From: an uncultured Planctomycetota bacterium
Lineage (GTDB): Bacteria; Planctomycetota; Planctomycetia; Gemmatales; Gemmataceae
Assembly (NCBI GenBank): GCA_963849325.1
Contig: CAWKHF010000009.1
Span: forward strand, 423,439-487,438
Length of the DNA stretch: 64,000 bases
Direction of reading: 5' to 3'
Numbering within the stretch: position 1 is the first letter of the stretch; every line of letters starts with the position of its first letter. Below, one piece after another: positions 20,947 through 30,374 of the stretch. The position numbers were made by a program, and so were the translations under genes. The notes beneath the pieces were generated by a model. That model had not been told where the DNA came from, searched no databases, and saw only the letters and a program-made list of their open reading frames with translations.

Positions 20947-21678
20947 TCACAAGAACGTGACGTGAGGCAAGGTCTTGTGACTTCCCTGTCGCCTGCTGTT
21001 GTCCTGCCCTGCCAGCTTACATATTTCACTCGGCGAACCGGCATGACGAAAAGCCTGCTGGATGGCAACGTATCCCCGTCCGATTTGTTCCCACTTATCC
21101 CGGTTCCATTCTGCGGTCAAGCTGCACGTCATACCGTCTGCCATCGACTTTCTGTGGTCGGGCGCGAAGTACCTCACGAGGTACTGGTGTCCCCTGTCCG
21201 AAAGGGCATAGGCCCAAGCGCCGTCACCCTCGTTGTCGCCCTGAACGACGTACTCGTTGACTTGTCTTCGGTGTCGGAACGTCTCGTCGAGGATCGTCTG
21301 AGGGTGATTAACCCCAAGGTGGATGATCGCCCAGTCGGGAGGCACGTTCGTCATGACGCCCGCGAGGATCTCATTGGCGTTGGCGTTGACAAGGATGTCG
21401 TCTTCAAGCAGAAGGACTGACTTGTAACCCGAGGTCAGGCAATGCTTCCAGCAATTGTAGTGGGTCAGGCCGTTGCCGAGGTCGCCGCGATGCCTCATTT
21501 TGGGATAGTGAGCAAGTTCCTCAATGGCGAAGTCACCACCGTCAACGCCGAAGAACAACGAGACATCCATATTGAGCTTCTTGACCTCTTCTCTGATATG
21601 CCGATGCCTCGACAAAAAGGAAGAGGCTGTGAGGACATAGGCGGCGTCAAAGTACGCATTGAGGCTGTTCGATTTCAT
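20947..21678 (-). CDS. Glycosyltransferase family 25-like
   Basis: AYVL......R, FFGVDG, G..LTHY.CWK, VLLLEDD, P.DW.IIHLG and GAWAYALS. Confidence 0.8.
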   Translation of the reverse strand: MKSNSLNAYFDAAYVLTASSFLSRHRHIREEVKKLNMDVSLFFGVDGGDFAIEELAHYPKMRHRGDLGNGLTHYNCWKHCLTSGYKSVLLLEDDILVNANANEILAGVMTNVPPDWAIIHLGVNHPQTILDETFRHRRQVNEYVVQGDNEGDGAWAYALSDRGHQYLVRYFAPDHRKSMADGMTCSLTAEWNRDKWEQIGRGYVAIQQAFRHAGSPSEICKLAGQDNSRRQGSHKTLPHVTFL

Positions 21679-21767
21679 GGAGTAGATACGCCTCACTTCG
21701 CGTCTTTCTCTTCCTTCCTCTTGCCCGCCGCTCGCTCTTCTCCATCCTGAACTTGCTGGGAACTGGC

Positions 21768-22103
21768 TCAGCAAGAGGCCAATTGAGCCGCCGCGTTCAT
21801 CAGGTTCATGTAGTACACTTCGGCGAGCGCCATAGCCGTGCCGAACGGGACCAGATCACGCTCGTTCCAAAGACCGTTAAATGTGTCCACATACAGAACC
21901 CGATTCACCCCGCGCGTCCGTCTGGATGTGACGGCCCTGATCGACTTGATCATCACCTTCTCCAGCACGCCACGGCGCGCCTTCTGGACGTTGTAAACGG
22001 TGTCGCCGATGCCGAACGTCGTGACCGATGGATGCAGCATCCCGACAACGATGCAGCCTGCTGCTGTTGAGCCACCGCTACCTACTTCGTCATAAATCAT
22101 CAT
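21768..22103 (-). CDS. Hypothetical phage-type protein
   Basis: GAGG RBS; operonic with neighbours; resembles the C-terminal module of the upstream LamG protein. Confidence 0.65.
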   Translation of the reverse strand: MMIYDEVGSGGSTAAGCIVVGMLHPSVTTFGIGDTVYNVQKARRGVLEKVMIKSIRAVTSRRTRGVNRVLYVDTFNGLWNERDLVPFGTAMALAEVYYMNLMNAAAQLASC

Positions 22104-22114
22104 TTACCTCACAT

Positions 22115-23704
22115 TCAAGGCTGGGTCACTGGAAGACTTTGCAGGTGACTGAGTTTCCGAGCCGCTCTCCTTTGAATCCATGCCGCTGTTCCGTTGAGTT
22201 GTGCCCGATACTCCTCAATGGACAGTAGGTACTGCTCCGCTACATAGCGTCCGCTTTTGAGGTAATAGTAGACGAAGGTGTTGAAGTAGTAGATGGCCAT
22301 CACTTGATCGCGGATATACCGTAGTTGTGTGAACGACTGCACAAATACCACATCGTCGATGCTGAAGCGGTGATAGGTCAAGCGAGTCTGGTTCGTGTAG
22401 TCGATAGACTGGTCGGCAGAGCCGCCGCAGGACGAACCGCTGTTTGGAGACGGGCTGAATACGAACTTGGTTGCTGCTGTGCCGCTGCCCATCGCGCCAC
22501 TAGTCGTAGGCACAAGGTAGTCATCGACGATGGCGGCAATGCCAGCAGCGAGAATGCCGCCTGTTCCCTGCTGGCCGAAGATCACCGTGTTGGGAGCCGA
22601 ACCAGAAACATCTACTCCCGCCGAGGACACGATCTGGTTCGCAATCATCGTGTCCGTCGCGGAGCCAGCCGCCCAATCACCGGCAGTGATGATGGTCTGG
22701 TTTTCGACCTCGCTGTAAGTTGCCGAGCCAGCAGCAAGGAGGCCAGTGGTGGCGAGGTTAAGGTTGTAGCTGGCTGTACTCGTCGTGGTTCCAGTCATCC
22801 AGACGCCAGCCTGAGCAGGTGATTGGCTGAAAACTGCCCCGTAACTCGCAGATCCAGCATCGAGAATGCCAGCCGACACGATACTTGAGTTGTGGATCGT
22901 CTGGATCATAGCCGCAGAGCCAGCCAAGATCTCACCACTCATCACTTCGTTGTAAACGCTGGGAAGAAGACCCGCTATTCTCTTCGTCTGGTTCAGCAAC
23001 CGTGGATAACCAAGTCTGCTGTTCACATATAGGTCGTAGACCTCGACGGCAGTGAGCGCACGATTGTAAATCCGCACGTCGTCCTGCCAACCAGTGTAAG
23101 GATCAGCTCCAGTAGCATTAAGTCGCTGTCCGAAGGCGATTCTGCTCGTCACAGAGGCACTGGTGCCCGTTACCGACGCCTGCGAGACACCATTGATATA
23201 GATGCTCGCGGTCGTACCATCATACGTCCCAGTGACCAAGGCCCAAGTGTTGAGCGGAATGGCAGTAGGTGAGGTAATAGCCGAGCCACCATTGTAGAGG
23301 TATTCCGGTTGTCCTGAATTGAAATTCAGACGCAACTCATCGCCAGTAGAACCGCGTGAGATAAACATGGGAAAGACGCCATAAGCATTGATGTTCACCC
23401 AACAGGAATAGGTGCGAGGCTGCGTGGCCGAGGTAAACGCAAGCGACGGCGAGGACGGCACAGCAACATAACCCGTGGAACCGGAGTAATACATCGCCCC
23501 TTGACCCTCTGCTCGGGTCGTACCCGTCCAGCCCTGTCCGCTGCCCATGTTGGTGAGCGTACCGTGGTTGAGGCCCATGAGGTCGTACCACATGGGACCA
23601 CCATCCAGTCCGGGCAACACCATCCACCATCCCACCAGCCCTCGTGCAAGCGAGTGGTTCAGGTTCACAGGTTCAGGCAGATAGACACGAGACGGCAGGG
23701 ACAT
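22115..23704 (-). CDS. LamG/concanavalin-A-like domain protein with Gly-Ser-Ala repeat stalk (virion fibre-like)
   Basis: GLVGWW, DL.G.NHGTLTN, W.LVTGTYDG....IYINGV and DDVRIYNRALT; then nine G-x4-G-(S/T/I)-(A/T) repeats. Confidence 0.85.
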   Translation of the reverse strand: MSLPSRVYLPEPVNLNHSLARGLVGWWMVLPGLDGGPMWYDLMGLNHGTLTNMGSGQGWTGTTRAEGQGAMYYSGSTGYVAVPSSPSLAFTSATQPRTYSCWVNINAYGVFPMFISRGSTGDELRLNFNSGQPEYLYNGGSAITSPTAIPLNTWALVTGTYDGTTASIYINGVSQASVTGTSASVTSRIAFGQRLNATGADPYTGWQDDVRIYNRALTAVEVYDLYVNSRLGYPRLLNQTKRIAGLLPSVYNEVMSGEILAGSAAMIQTIHNSSIVSAGILDAGSASYGAVFSQSPAQAGVWMTGTTTSTASYNLNLATTGLLAAGSATYSEVENQTIITAGDWAAGSATDTMIANQIVSSAGVDVSGSAPNTVIFGQQGTGGILAAGIAAIVDDYLVPTTSGAMGSGTAATKFVFSPSPNSGSSCGGSADQSIDYTNQTRLTYHRFSIDDVVFVQSFTQLRYIRDQVMAIYYFNTFVYYYLKSGRYVAEQYLLSIEEYRAQLNGTAAWIQRRAARKLSHLQSLPVTQP

Positions 23705-24201
23705 TAGACTCCAACATCAGTTGCAGGAACCAGACTGAGGGTCGAGCCAGTCGGAATGGTCTGACCTGAGCTATTGTTCTTGGCGAGTACCTTGAACGGG
23801 CAGGCGGGCAGGAAGCAGGCCACCGTGACCTTGTTGTCGGCGGCAGCGGTCGAGGTCGAGTTGAGCGGCAGAACGGCGTCAGGACGACGTGCAGGCAAGA
23901 CACTGGACGAGCCGCCCTCGAAGGTGGTCCCGCCGTCCATGCTCTTGAGGAAGTACACGTCGATAGACGTATTGGCGCTTGGTGCAGAAGCAAATGCCCC
24001 GCCCGGTACGAAGGTGACGTAACCACGCTCGTAGCCGTCGCCCGTGGTGCTGCTGGAACCAGAGCCAGCCGTGTTGTTGTAGACGCCAGTGCCGCCGAGT
24101 GCGGAGCCGACGACGCTGGAGTTGTTGGCCAAGCCGCCGAGTTCCGTGCTGGCAAGAATGGTCGCTGAAGTGCCGAGGACTTCTTTAATCGTTGTGCTCA
24201 T
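23704..24201 (-). CDS. Hypothetical virion-type beta-rich protein
   Basis: TELGGLAN; S/T/G-rich; AGGAGG RBS; TAATG overlap with the LamG gene. Confidence 0.7.
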   Translation of the reverse strand: MSTTIKEVLGTSATILASTELGGLANNSSVVGSALGGTGVYNNTAGSGSSSTTGDGYERGYVTFVPGGAFASAPSANTSIDVYFLKSMDGGTTFEGGSSSVLPARRPDAVLPLNSTSTAAADNKVTVACFLPACPFKVLAKNNSSGQTIPTGSTLSLVPATDVGV

Positions 24202-24209
24202 TTACCTCC

Positions 24210-24668
24210 TTAATGAACGCCACGCAGGGCGAAAGAAACGTCGCTGTTCGAGATGACCGTCCCGGCCCCGAATAAGAACTCGGCCCTGCTGCCTGTCTTC
24301 TGAGTCACGGCATTGATCTCTGCTTGGGTGATGAGGCCGTCCGATACACCTTGAGCGAGCAATGCTTGGACGTTGCTGGTGCTCAAGTCCACGGCGGTTG
24401 CGCCATTGATGATGTTGAGGATGTCGCGCCACTGTTGCTGCTTGGTGGTGGATAGTGTGGACAGGTTGGTGTAGATCGCTGGCGCGAAGCCGAGAACGAA
24501 CTCGTCCTTGGTGAGTGAGGTCAGACCCACCGTGGCCGCACCGGAGCCGGTCGTGGCGTTCAGGAGGTCGGCGATGCCTTGGTCATTGCCCGAGGCGACG
24601 AGGGCTGCGTAACCGAGTGCCTTCAGATCGGTGGCGATTTCGTTCTTGAGGGCGCTGTAGTCGATCAT
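24210..24668 (-). CDS. Hypothetical phage-type protein
   Basis: MIDYSALKNEIATD...IADLLNA...SRAE.LFG; GGGAGG RBS; alternative ATG at 24692. Confidence 0.7.
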   Translation of the reverse strand: MIDYSALKNEIATDLKALGYAALVASGNDQGIADLLNATTGSGAATVGLTSLTKDEFVLGFAPAIYTNLSTLSTTKQQQWRDILNIINGATAVDLSTSNVQALLAQGVSDGLITQAEINAVTQKTGSRAEFLFGAGTVISNSDVSFALRGVH

Positions 24669-24821
24669 GGTCCTCCCACAATGATTGTCCATCAGTATGT
24701 AGCAGGAGAACCAGAAAAATGCTCGTCACTGGACTAAATGTCTGTAGCAGGCAGAGGCGTATTCCTATAGTGAAAAACGGCTGTGGCATGATGAAAAAAC
24801 AAGAAGCTGATGAAGATGGGC

Positions 24822-24850
24822 TTGCGCTGTTACTACGAATTTGCTACTAT
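24822..24850 (+). promoter_or_regulatory. Sigma70-type promoter
   Basis: TTGCGC-17 nt-TACTAT with extended -10 TG. Confidence 0.55.
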
Positions 24851-24938
24851 GAAGGAAGAGATGGTGGTGCAGCCATCCGAAAGAGGTTCTGCTTTTTGGT
24901 GCAAAACTAACCGTTCAGGATGAACAGGAAGAGCAACC

Positions 24939-25196
24939 ATGCGAACGATAAAGAAGTTCTACATCAGTCACGACACGCTACAGAAGTTGTTGAGACTTCC
25001 GAAAGATGTGGAGGTCGCTGCGGTCAAGGCTGACCCGACCGACTCATTATTGGTCGTTACGGTAGTTGACCCGAACAACGAGATGCCACCGTTCATTGAG
25101 TATGGACCTGCCGATCAACCAAAAGATAATACATTCTACGGAGTGACCGCGCTTGTACAGGGACAACCTGAAGACCCTTCGCCACCACCAACTTGA
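24939..25196 (+). CDS. Small hypothetical protein
   Basis: ORF with AGGAAGAG RBS downstream of the promoter. Confidence 0.55.
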   Translation: MRTIKKFYISHDTLQKLLRLPKDVEVAAVKADPTDSLLVVTVVDPNNEMPPFIEYGPADQPKDNTFYGVTALVQGQPEDPSPPPT

Positions 25197-25343
25197 TGCC
25201 GTCCTGCTGCTGTGCCAGCGAAACTACCCGGACCATGAACGACAAGGACGGCTTGTACATGGACGACGAGCCGTTTGTAGATTTCATTACCGAGAACCCC
25301 GAAGAGGCCATTTTTTGCAAGAAAAATTGCAAAGGAGCACATC

Positions 25344-25613
25344 ATGGAAACACCAAAAATCTTTCTGGATATGGGGGTAAACCCGAACCATTATGATGAA
25401 ATACTCGGAGTGATTTTGGCATCTCCAGACGCCTTGGCAGCAAATATCGGCATTGGTGCATTGGTCAGGCTGGCCGTATACTCGGCCACAAAGTTACCGC
25501 CAGCAGAAGTGCAGGAGTTCTTGGACTTCAAGCCGACGTTCCAATTAGGAGCCTTGAACCCAGATGACATTCCAGTCGCGGAGGCCGACCTTGGCCGTAA
25601 ACTACAAGAATGA
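25344..25613 (+). CDS. Small hypothetical protein
   Basis: AAAGGAG RBS; 89-aa ORF. Confidence 0.55.
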   Translation: METPKIFLDMGVNPNHYDEILGVILASPDALAANIGIGALVRLAVYSATKLPPAEVQEFLDFKPTFQLGALNPDDIPVAEADLGRKLQE

Positions 25614-25812
25614 CTTGTACATGAACGGCCCGTGACCACTTCGTCAAGGAATTGGCTGAACTTAACGCTTTACTTGCCCTCAGTTTGGAGAGCAAGCAGG
25701 CAAATGTAGAAAACGCCGCCCCTGAAATCCCCCGCCGTCATCTTCCAGTGTTACGTCAACGTGAGAGTCCGCTCGTCAAAGGACAAGGCAACTGTTCTTG
25801 TTACCAGCCGTT

Positions 25813-26418
25813 CTAGTCTCTGCCATAGTTCAGGAACTCATCATCGTCGAAGTCAAACTGCAATGACGGCACAGACTTCGGGGAAATCAGTCCTTGGCAG
25901 AGCAGAGACAGATAAGATGCCAAGAGCTTCTCATCGTAGTTGCCTTCTGTCCCAAGAAAAAGTCTCGCGTCCGGGGTCGTCCTTGATATGTCTGGCGAGG
26001 AAGCGTCAGGCCATATCTCAAAGAAGGCAATGTGTGGACCGCTGCTGGCAATTCGCTTGAGCCTCTCCTCGTCCGAAAGCACTCCAGCCATGACCTCTTG
26101 AGGGATGAAACGCCTGCACACCCAAAGACTACAGAAGGAGTTTAACTGGCCTTTCTCGTCTGTCTTGCCATGCCACATAGTCATCTTGCGATACAGGAAG
26201 TAATCACCGAAATCCTCGAAAAGCCATTCCCGTCGTCTCGCCACTATCCTGTCCTTGAGACCGAGGATGCGCAAAAGTTGCCGCTCGGTGAACACCACAC
26301 CGTCAAGGCAGCGCATCCAGCACTGAATGGCAGTGAAAAGTGCTAGGGCGCGATGGAGACGACGTTCACTCTCGCCCTGCCGATGCCTTTCTTGCTTCAT
26401 GCGAATGCCCTCTCTCAA
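25813..26418 (-). CDS. Hypothetical protein
   Basis: 201-aa ORF with protein-like composition; start may be ATG 26400. Confidence 0.55.
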   Translation of the reverse strand: MREGIRMKQERHRQGESERRLHRALALFTAIQCWMRCLDGVVFTERQLLRILGLKDRIVARRREWLFEDFGDYFLYRKMTMWHGKTDEKGQLNSFCSLWVCRRFIPQEVMAGVLSDEERLKRIASSGPHIAFFEIWPDASSPDISRTTPDARLFLGTEGNYDEKLLASYLSLLCQGLISPKSVPSLQFDFDDDEFLNYGRD

Positions 26419-26463
26419 GCTTGGGTAATTAGCGACATTCCCTCGAATACACGAAAGCAGGAT

Positions 26464-27315
26464 CTACATCTCAGCCAGCAGTGCTTGGATCTTGTCTTCA
26501 ACCTCAGCGATTTCCTTATCCAGTTTCTTGTTGCGCTCTTGGGTCAGACGACCTCGATCCAGCCACAAGGCAATGACCTGAAACGGCGCAATGATGAGGA
26601 TGAAGGGAACAGTGATCGGGAACAGACAAGTGAGGAAGACAATTAGCAGCACGAGCGCCAGCGTTCGATGCTGGGCAGGCACGAGCGACTTCAGCCGCTC
26701 AATCCAGTAGGACGCCACATGCCTTATCGAGACCGGCGTTCTCCGTTCCTTCTGCAAGGACTCCAGTTCTGCCCGGAACGGCGCGGCCTTCTGCTCAAGC
26801 TGCTCTCGCTTCCGCCGCTGTTGTTCTTCGAGCTTCTTGACCCGCACGAGGGCCTGCTGGACTTCTGGGTCTTTGCGGAGCCTCTGCACCAACGCGGTAG
26901 CCACTTTCACCACCCGCTCGAAGGCGGCTTTGTTATCGCGGCCCTTGATGATCGGTGTGCCGATGCTCTGCTCCTCGACCGTCTTGAGGAAACCTTGGAG
27001 GAGGAAGTATCGGGACGAGGGCGGCATGTCGGTCTTGGGATCGGAGCACTGGGTCACGAGCTTGTCGGCTTGAAAGATCAGTTCTTCAAGATGCTGCTGG
27101 ATCGCCTCCTGCTGGAGCAATGCTTGCTGGGCGGCGAGGGTTTCTTCGTGCAGGTTCCTGATTTGGGCCATCTCGTTTGAGAGGCCGTTGAGCGTGCCTG
27201 CCATGTGGCCGAGCAGGAAGGTCTGCATCTGCTCATGGCGGTGCATGTCCTCTTGCATCATCTGGGCGTCGGTCTTGCCGCAAGCGAGGCCGAGTGCTCG
27301 TTCAAACGGGTTCAT
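26464..27315 (-). CDS. Coiled-coil protein with C-terminal membrane hairpin
   Basis: GGAG RBS; Q/E/K-rich helices; LALVLLIVFLTCLFPITVPFILIIAPF. Confidence 0.7.
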   Translation of the reverse strand: MNPFERALGLACGKTDAQMMQEDMHRHEQMQTFLLGHMAGTLNGLSNEMAQIRNLHEETLAAQQALLQQEAIQQHLEELIFQADKLVTQCSDPKTDMPPSSRYFLLQGFLKTVEEQSIGTPIIKGRDNKAAFERVVKVATALVQRLRKDPEVQQALVRVKKLEEQQRRKREQLEQKAAPFRAELESLQKERRTPVSIRHVASYWIERLKSLVPAQHRTLALVLLIVFLTCLFPITVPFILIIAPFQVIALWLDRGRLTQERNKKLDKEIAEVEDKIQALLAEM

Positions 27316-27718
27316 GGGGCGTCTCCGGGTTGGCTGTGCGCAATAAAAAAGGAGCGTTGAGACACCTGCACCGCTCCCTCAACCCCGACCAAGGGGCCAG
27401 ACGAACAGCACAAGGCCCCAACGCCCCTCTTGCGAGGGGCGCGGTCCAAGTTGCTGCTTCGTCTGGTTTCAAGTGCCTTGCGGCACAGGTTGGTCGTATT
27501 TGAGGAAAGCAGTTCTTGACGCTCGCGCGTCGATCAGGTTGTCTCCGTGGCCCTCGCAACGGCCACGGTCATAAAACTCGATCCTCCTTCAGCGCAAAAC
27601 GGTAAACGACCGGCCCTCTGCCAGTCGCCACGATGATAAACCGCGAGAAATGAGAAAGCAAGAGGCTGAAAAGCAAGCAGCGTACTCTTTTAGACCGTGC
27701 TAAGTCCGAGGGGGATCA

Positions 27719-28207
27719 ATGGATAAGCAAGAGATACGATTTCGAGATGAATTGGGTCGTCTTCACCGCGAGGACGGCCCCGCCTCCATCTGGGCAGACG
27801 GGACGCGGTTCTGGTTTCGGCACGGTAAGTTGCACCGAGTCGGCGGGCCTGCGATTGAGTGGACGAACGGCGGACAGGTATGGGCACTCTTCGGCAGAAG
27901 ACACCGCGACGATGGCCCCGCAGCGGTCTGGGCGAACGGCAAGAAGTTCTGGTATCTGTTCGGAAGGCCGGTGTCGGAAGAAGCGTTCAAGTCGTGGTCA
28001 CAGGGCAGTTCTCGACGATCTGGAGCAGTGCCTCTACTTCTGGGTCTTGCACATCGACCAGCAGTCCACGAATGTCTCCTGCCAAGGTTTGCGGCGCGAT
28101 CAGGACCGGCAACGGCATCTTCGGCTGGATCTCCTGCCCCTGCATCTCCACCGAGTAATCGACGGTCGGGACGTTGCCGAGGGCGGTTGCCTCCGACTCT
28201 CCCGTGA
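27719..28207 (+). CDS. LHREDGPA-repeat protein
   Basis: Three repeats (LHREDGPA, LHRVGGPA, RHRDDGPA); family-like sequence ends near 28000, so the tail is doubtful. Confidence 0.7.
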   Translation: MDKQEIRFRDELGRLHREDGPASIWADGTRFWFRHGKLHRVGGPAIEWTNGGQVWALFGRRHRDDGPAAVWANGKKFWYLFGRPVSEEAFKSWSQGSSRRSGAVPLLLGLAHRPAVHECLLPRFAARSGPATASSAGSPAPASPPSNRRSGRCRGRLPPTLP

Positions 28208-28286
28208 ACTCGACGGTGACGAGCAATCCCTCGACGTGTTCTTCGAGGGCGGCGAGTGCCTGTTGCAGAGCCTCGATCTGGTACAC
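27987..28286 (-). CDS. Acidic hypothetical protein
   Basis: AAAGGGAGG RBS before GTG; good codon bias. Confidence 0.6.
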   Translation of the reverse strand: MYQIEALQQALAALEEHVEGLLVTVEFTGESEATALGNVPTVDYSVEMQGQEIQPKMPLPVLIAPQTLAGDIRGLLVDVQDPEVEALLQIVENCPVTTT

Positions 28287-28502
28287 TTCGACCTCCCTTT
28301 CCGTGCTTCGGGCAGGGAGGTATTCTAGCGGTAAGCCCTCCGGGCGGTCAGACCGTCCAGTAAGACGGGTTTCGGCTTATCATTTCATTTTGGGGCTTTT
28401 TATTTCAAAAGCGATTTTTCAGGCAAAGCTGCAAAGCCCCAAAACCGCTGTCTTCTTGCTATATAATAGGGAGTGGCTTTTCAGTTTTTCAAGGAGGCAT
28501 TT

Positions 28503-28772
28503 ATGGCAGAGACACACACTGTCGATCTGGGGCCTGTAATCTTCGCGTACCTTAAGGCGAATCTGAAGGTGAAAACCGCGATGGAACAGACCGCAAAAAC
28601 TGGCAACATTCAGACTTTCAGAGCCGTTACCAGATTGTACCTCGTGAGACCCAGAGACAGGAACGGAAGAGTTGATCGCGGAAGGGTGACGCTACTGACG
28701 TTCGATAGTGCCGTAAGCAAAACAGGCCCAGTCGAGTATCGGGCCTGTTTTGCTGCGCGGGCTGGTCGTTAG
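28503..28772 (+). CDS. Small hypothetical protein
   Basis: AAGGAGG RBS; TATAAT at 28462. Confidence 0.5.
   Translation: MAETHTVDLGPVIFAYLKANLKVKTAMEQTAKTGNIQTFRAVTRLYLVRPRDRNGRVDRGRVTLLTFDSAVSKTGPVEYRACFAARAGR
28716..28754. terminator. Probable bidirectional terminator
   Basis: 14-bp perfect stem AGCAAAACAGGCCC/GGGCCTGTTTTGCT, 50 nt past the end of the minus-strand module. Confidence 0.6.
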
Positions 28773-28803
28773 CCGAACTTGAGCTTCGGCGAGATCGCAT
28801 GAG

Positions 28804-29403
28804 TTAAACCGATGGCTCCTCGTCCAGCTTAAAGGATTGCAAGAGAGCCTCCACGCCAATTGGCAGACTGACCATCATCTGCTTGCCGTCAACGGTCACT
28901 GGAATATCGTCGTTGACTGTGCCTCGGACCTTGGCCCGAATCTTCTTCCAGAAATCCCTGTGACTCTTGCCGTCAACGATCCGCATCATCCCAAGACAGG
29001 CGGCGACTCCCTTCGTCAGATGCTTCCACTCCCGCTCGCCGCCGTAACCGAAGTGCTGGAACATGTGGTCGGCCCGGTTGAGGGGCTGCATGTGCGCCCC
29101 GGAGCAGTTTCGGGCGTGGAGCTTGTTCTTGTGTCCTTCAAACCACTTGTTCGCTTCAACTAGCCGGGCGTAAAGGTGGTCGTACTTCGGGTTGCCGTTC
29201 GGGGAAAAGCCCAATTTCCAACTCTTCTTGTCCATGAACTCATAGAGCATGATGCGCAGCTTATCCGAACACAGGTCGCGGAAGACCTCCACAAGTTCTA
29301 TAACCTCGCCCTTCCTAATCAGGGACAGGGCAGTCCAAATCCGAACAAGTTGGGCAACATAGAATCGAAGGTGATTGCGTTCGTCGGTCACTTTTTCCTC
29401 CAC
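28804..29403 (-). CDS. HEPN-like (AbiU2-like) putative RNase
   Basis: Helical-looking protein with LRIMLYEFMDK and an R-x5-H motif RNCSGAH. Confidence 0.55.
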   Translation of the reverse strand: MEEKVTDERNHLRFYVAQLVRIWTALSLIRKGEVIELVEVFRDLCSDKLRIMLYEFMDKKSWKLGFSPNGNPKYDHLYARLVEANKWFEGHKNKLHARNCSGAHMQPLNRADHMFQHFGYGGEREWKHLTKGVAACLGMMRIVDGKSHRDFWKKIRAKVRGTVNDDIPVTVDGKQMMVSLPIGVEALLQSFKLDEEPSV

Positions 29404-29453
29404 GGATTAGAGAGTCTCGCGGCCAAGCGGGTTCGCAAAAGCTCTCTTTGCCG

Positions 29454-30260
29454 TCACCCAATAATATCCCGGTCGATTAGGTCTAGGGCCTCTGTGATCG
29501 GAACGACCATAAGGTACTTATCTTCTACCCAGTGGCTTTGGATGCCGACCAATTTTGCAGTGTCGCGCGGCACGAGTAACTCTCCGCGCTTCATTTGTAC
29601 ATACCAGACGCCGCCTCCGCTGAGGCCAAATGCGCGGCGTTTATCGGCAAAACCAGAATAGTAGGCCATGTCGTATCTTTCCCAGTTTTCGGGGCCGTAT
29701 TCCATTATGATTGTCGGACCACGATACCGATCCCCGTAATGACCATCACGCATCTCTCGATAGTTCGTTGGCACGGCGACGAGCGTGCATTGCAGTATCC
29801 TCGGCATCAGTGGACTGATCTGTTGCGAGTCCGTAGGGAAGCCGTGGACAAAGAACGTGAGTTGGTGAACGTCTGGATGTTGCGACAAATCAGCCATACG
29901 AACGCAGTGGTGCTCATCGCAGTCGGACTGTGCCAACGGATCGGCCAACTCAATAACAGCTATGTCCGAATATGGGTGCTTGTACTTCCCGATCACACGC
30001 AAAGGCTCGGGGTATGATGGCTGCGGCAGATTGGGAAATATCACCAACGACACTCCGGGGGCCATTAAGTCAACCACATGGGCAGCGGTGATAACAAATT
30101 GCCGGTCTTGCTTCTGAAACGAGACCCCGCTGCCCACGACTTGCGGCCTCCCTGTTCCTTGTCGCAGGATAATGGGAACGGCGTATGCGCGGCACAGTTG
30201 GATAATTGCTTCAGCCTCGGCATGGGTCGCATTCGCGGGTCCAGATGGTTCCGAACTCAT
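29454..30260 (-). CDS. Trypsin-like serine protease, no signal peptide
   Basis: GSGV, FVITAAHVV (H), SDIAVI (D), GLSGGGVW (S), LVGI; AGGAGG RBS before ATG 30260. Confidence 0.85.
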   Translation of the reverse strand: MSSEPSGPANATHAEAEAIIQLCRAYAVPIILRQGTGRPQVVGSGVSFQKQDRQFVITAAHVVDLMAPGVSLVIFPNLPQPSYPEPLRVIGKYKHPYSDIAVIELADPLAQSDCDEHHCVRMADLSQHPDVHQLTFFVHGFPTDSQQISPLMPRILQCTLVAVPTNYREMRDGHYGDRYRGPTIIMEYGPENWERYDMAYYSGFADKRRAFGLSGGGVWYVQMKRGELLVPRDTAKLVGIQSHWVEDKYLMVVPITEALDLIDRDIIG

Positions 30261-30374
30261 TTGTCCTCCTGATAACTTGAGTAACTTCGGGCGAACATCC
30301 ATCCTACATTTTACTCAGCCTGAGCGGTCAGCGCAAGCTCAGTGGCGTGCATATTGAAGCAGTACAGAAGTCAA

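Noticed and set aside
27987-28207. Long convergent overlap between the LHREDGPA ORF and the acidic ORF
   Set aside because: The + strand tail after about 28000 is low-complexity shadow sequence; a lost stop codon or an indel is more likely than a functional overlap.
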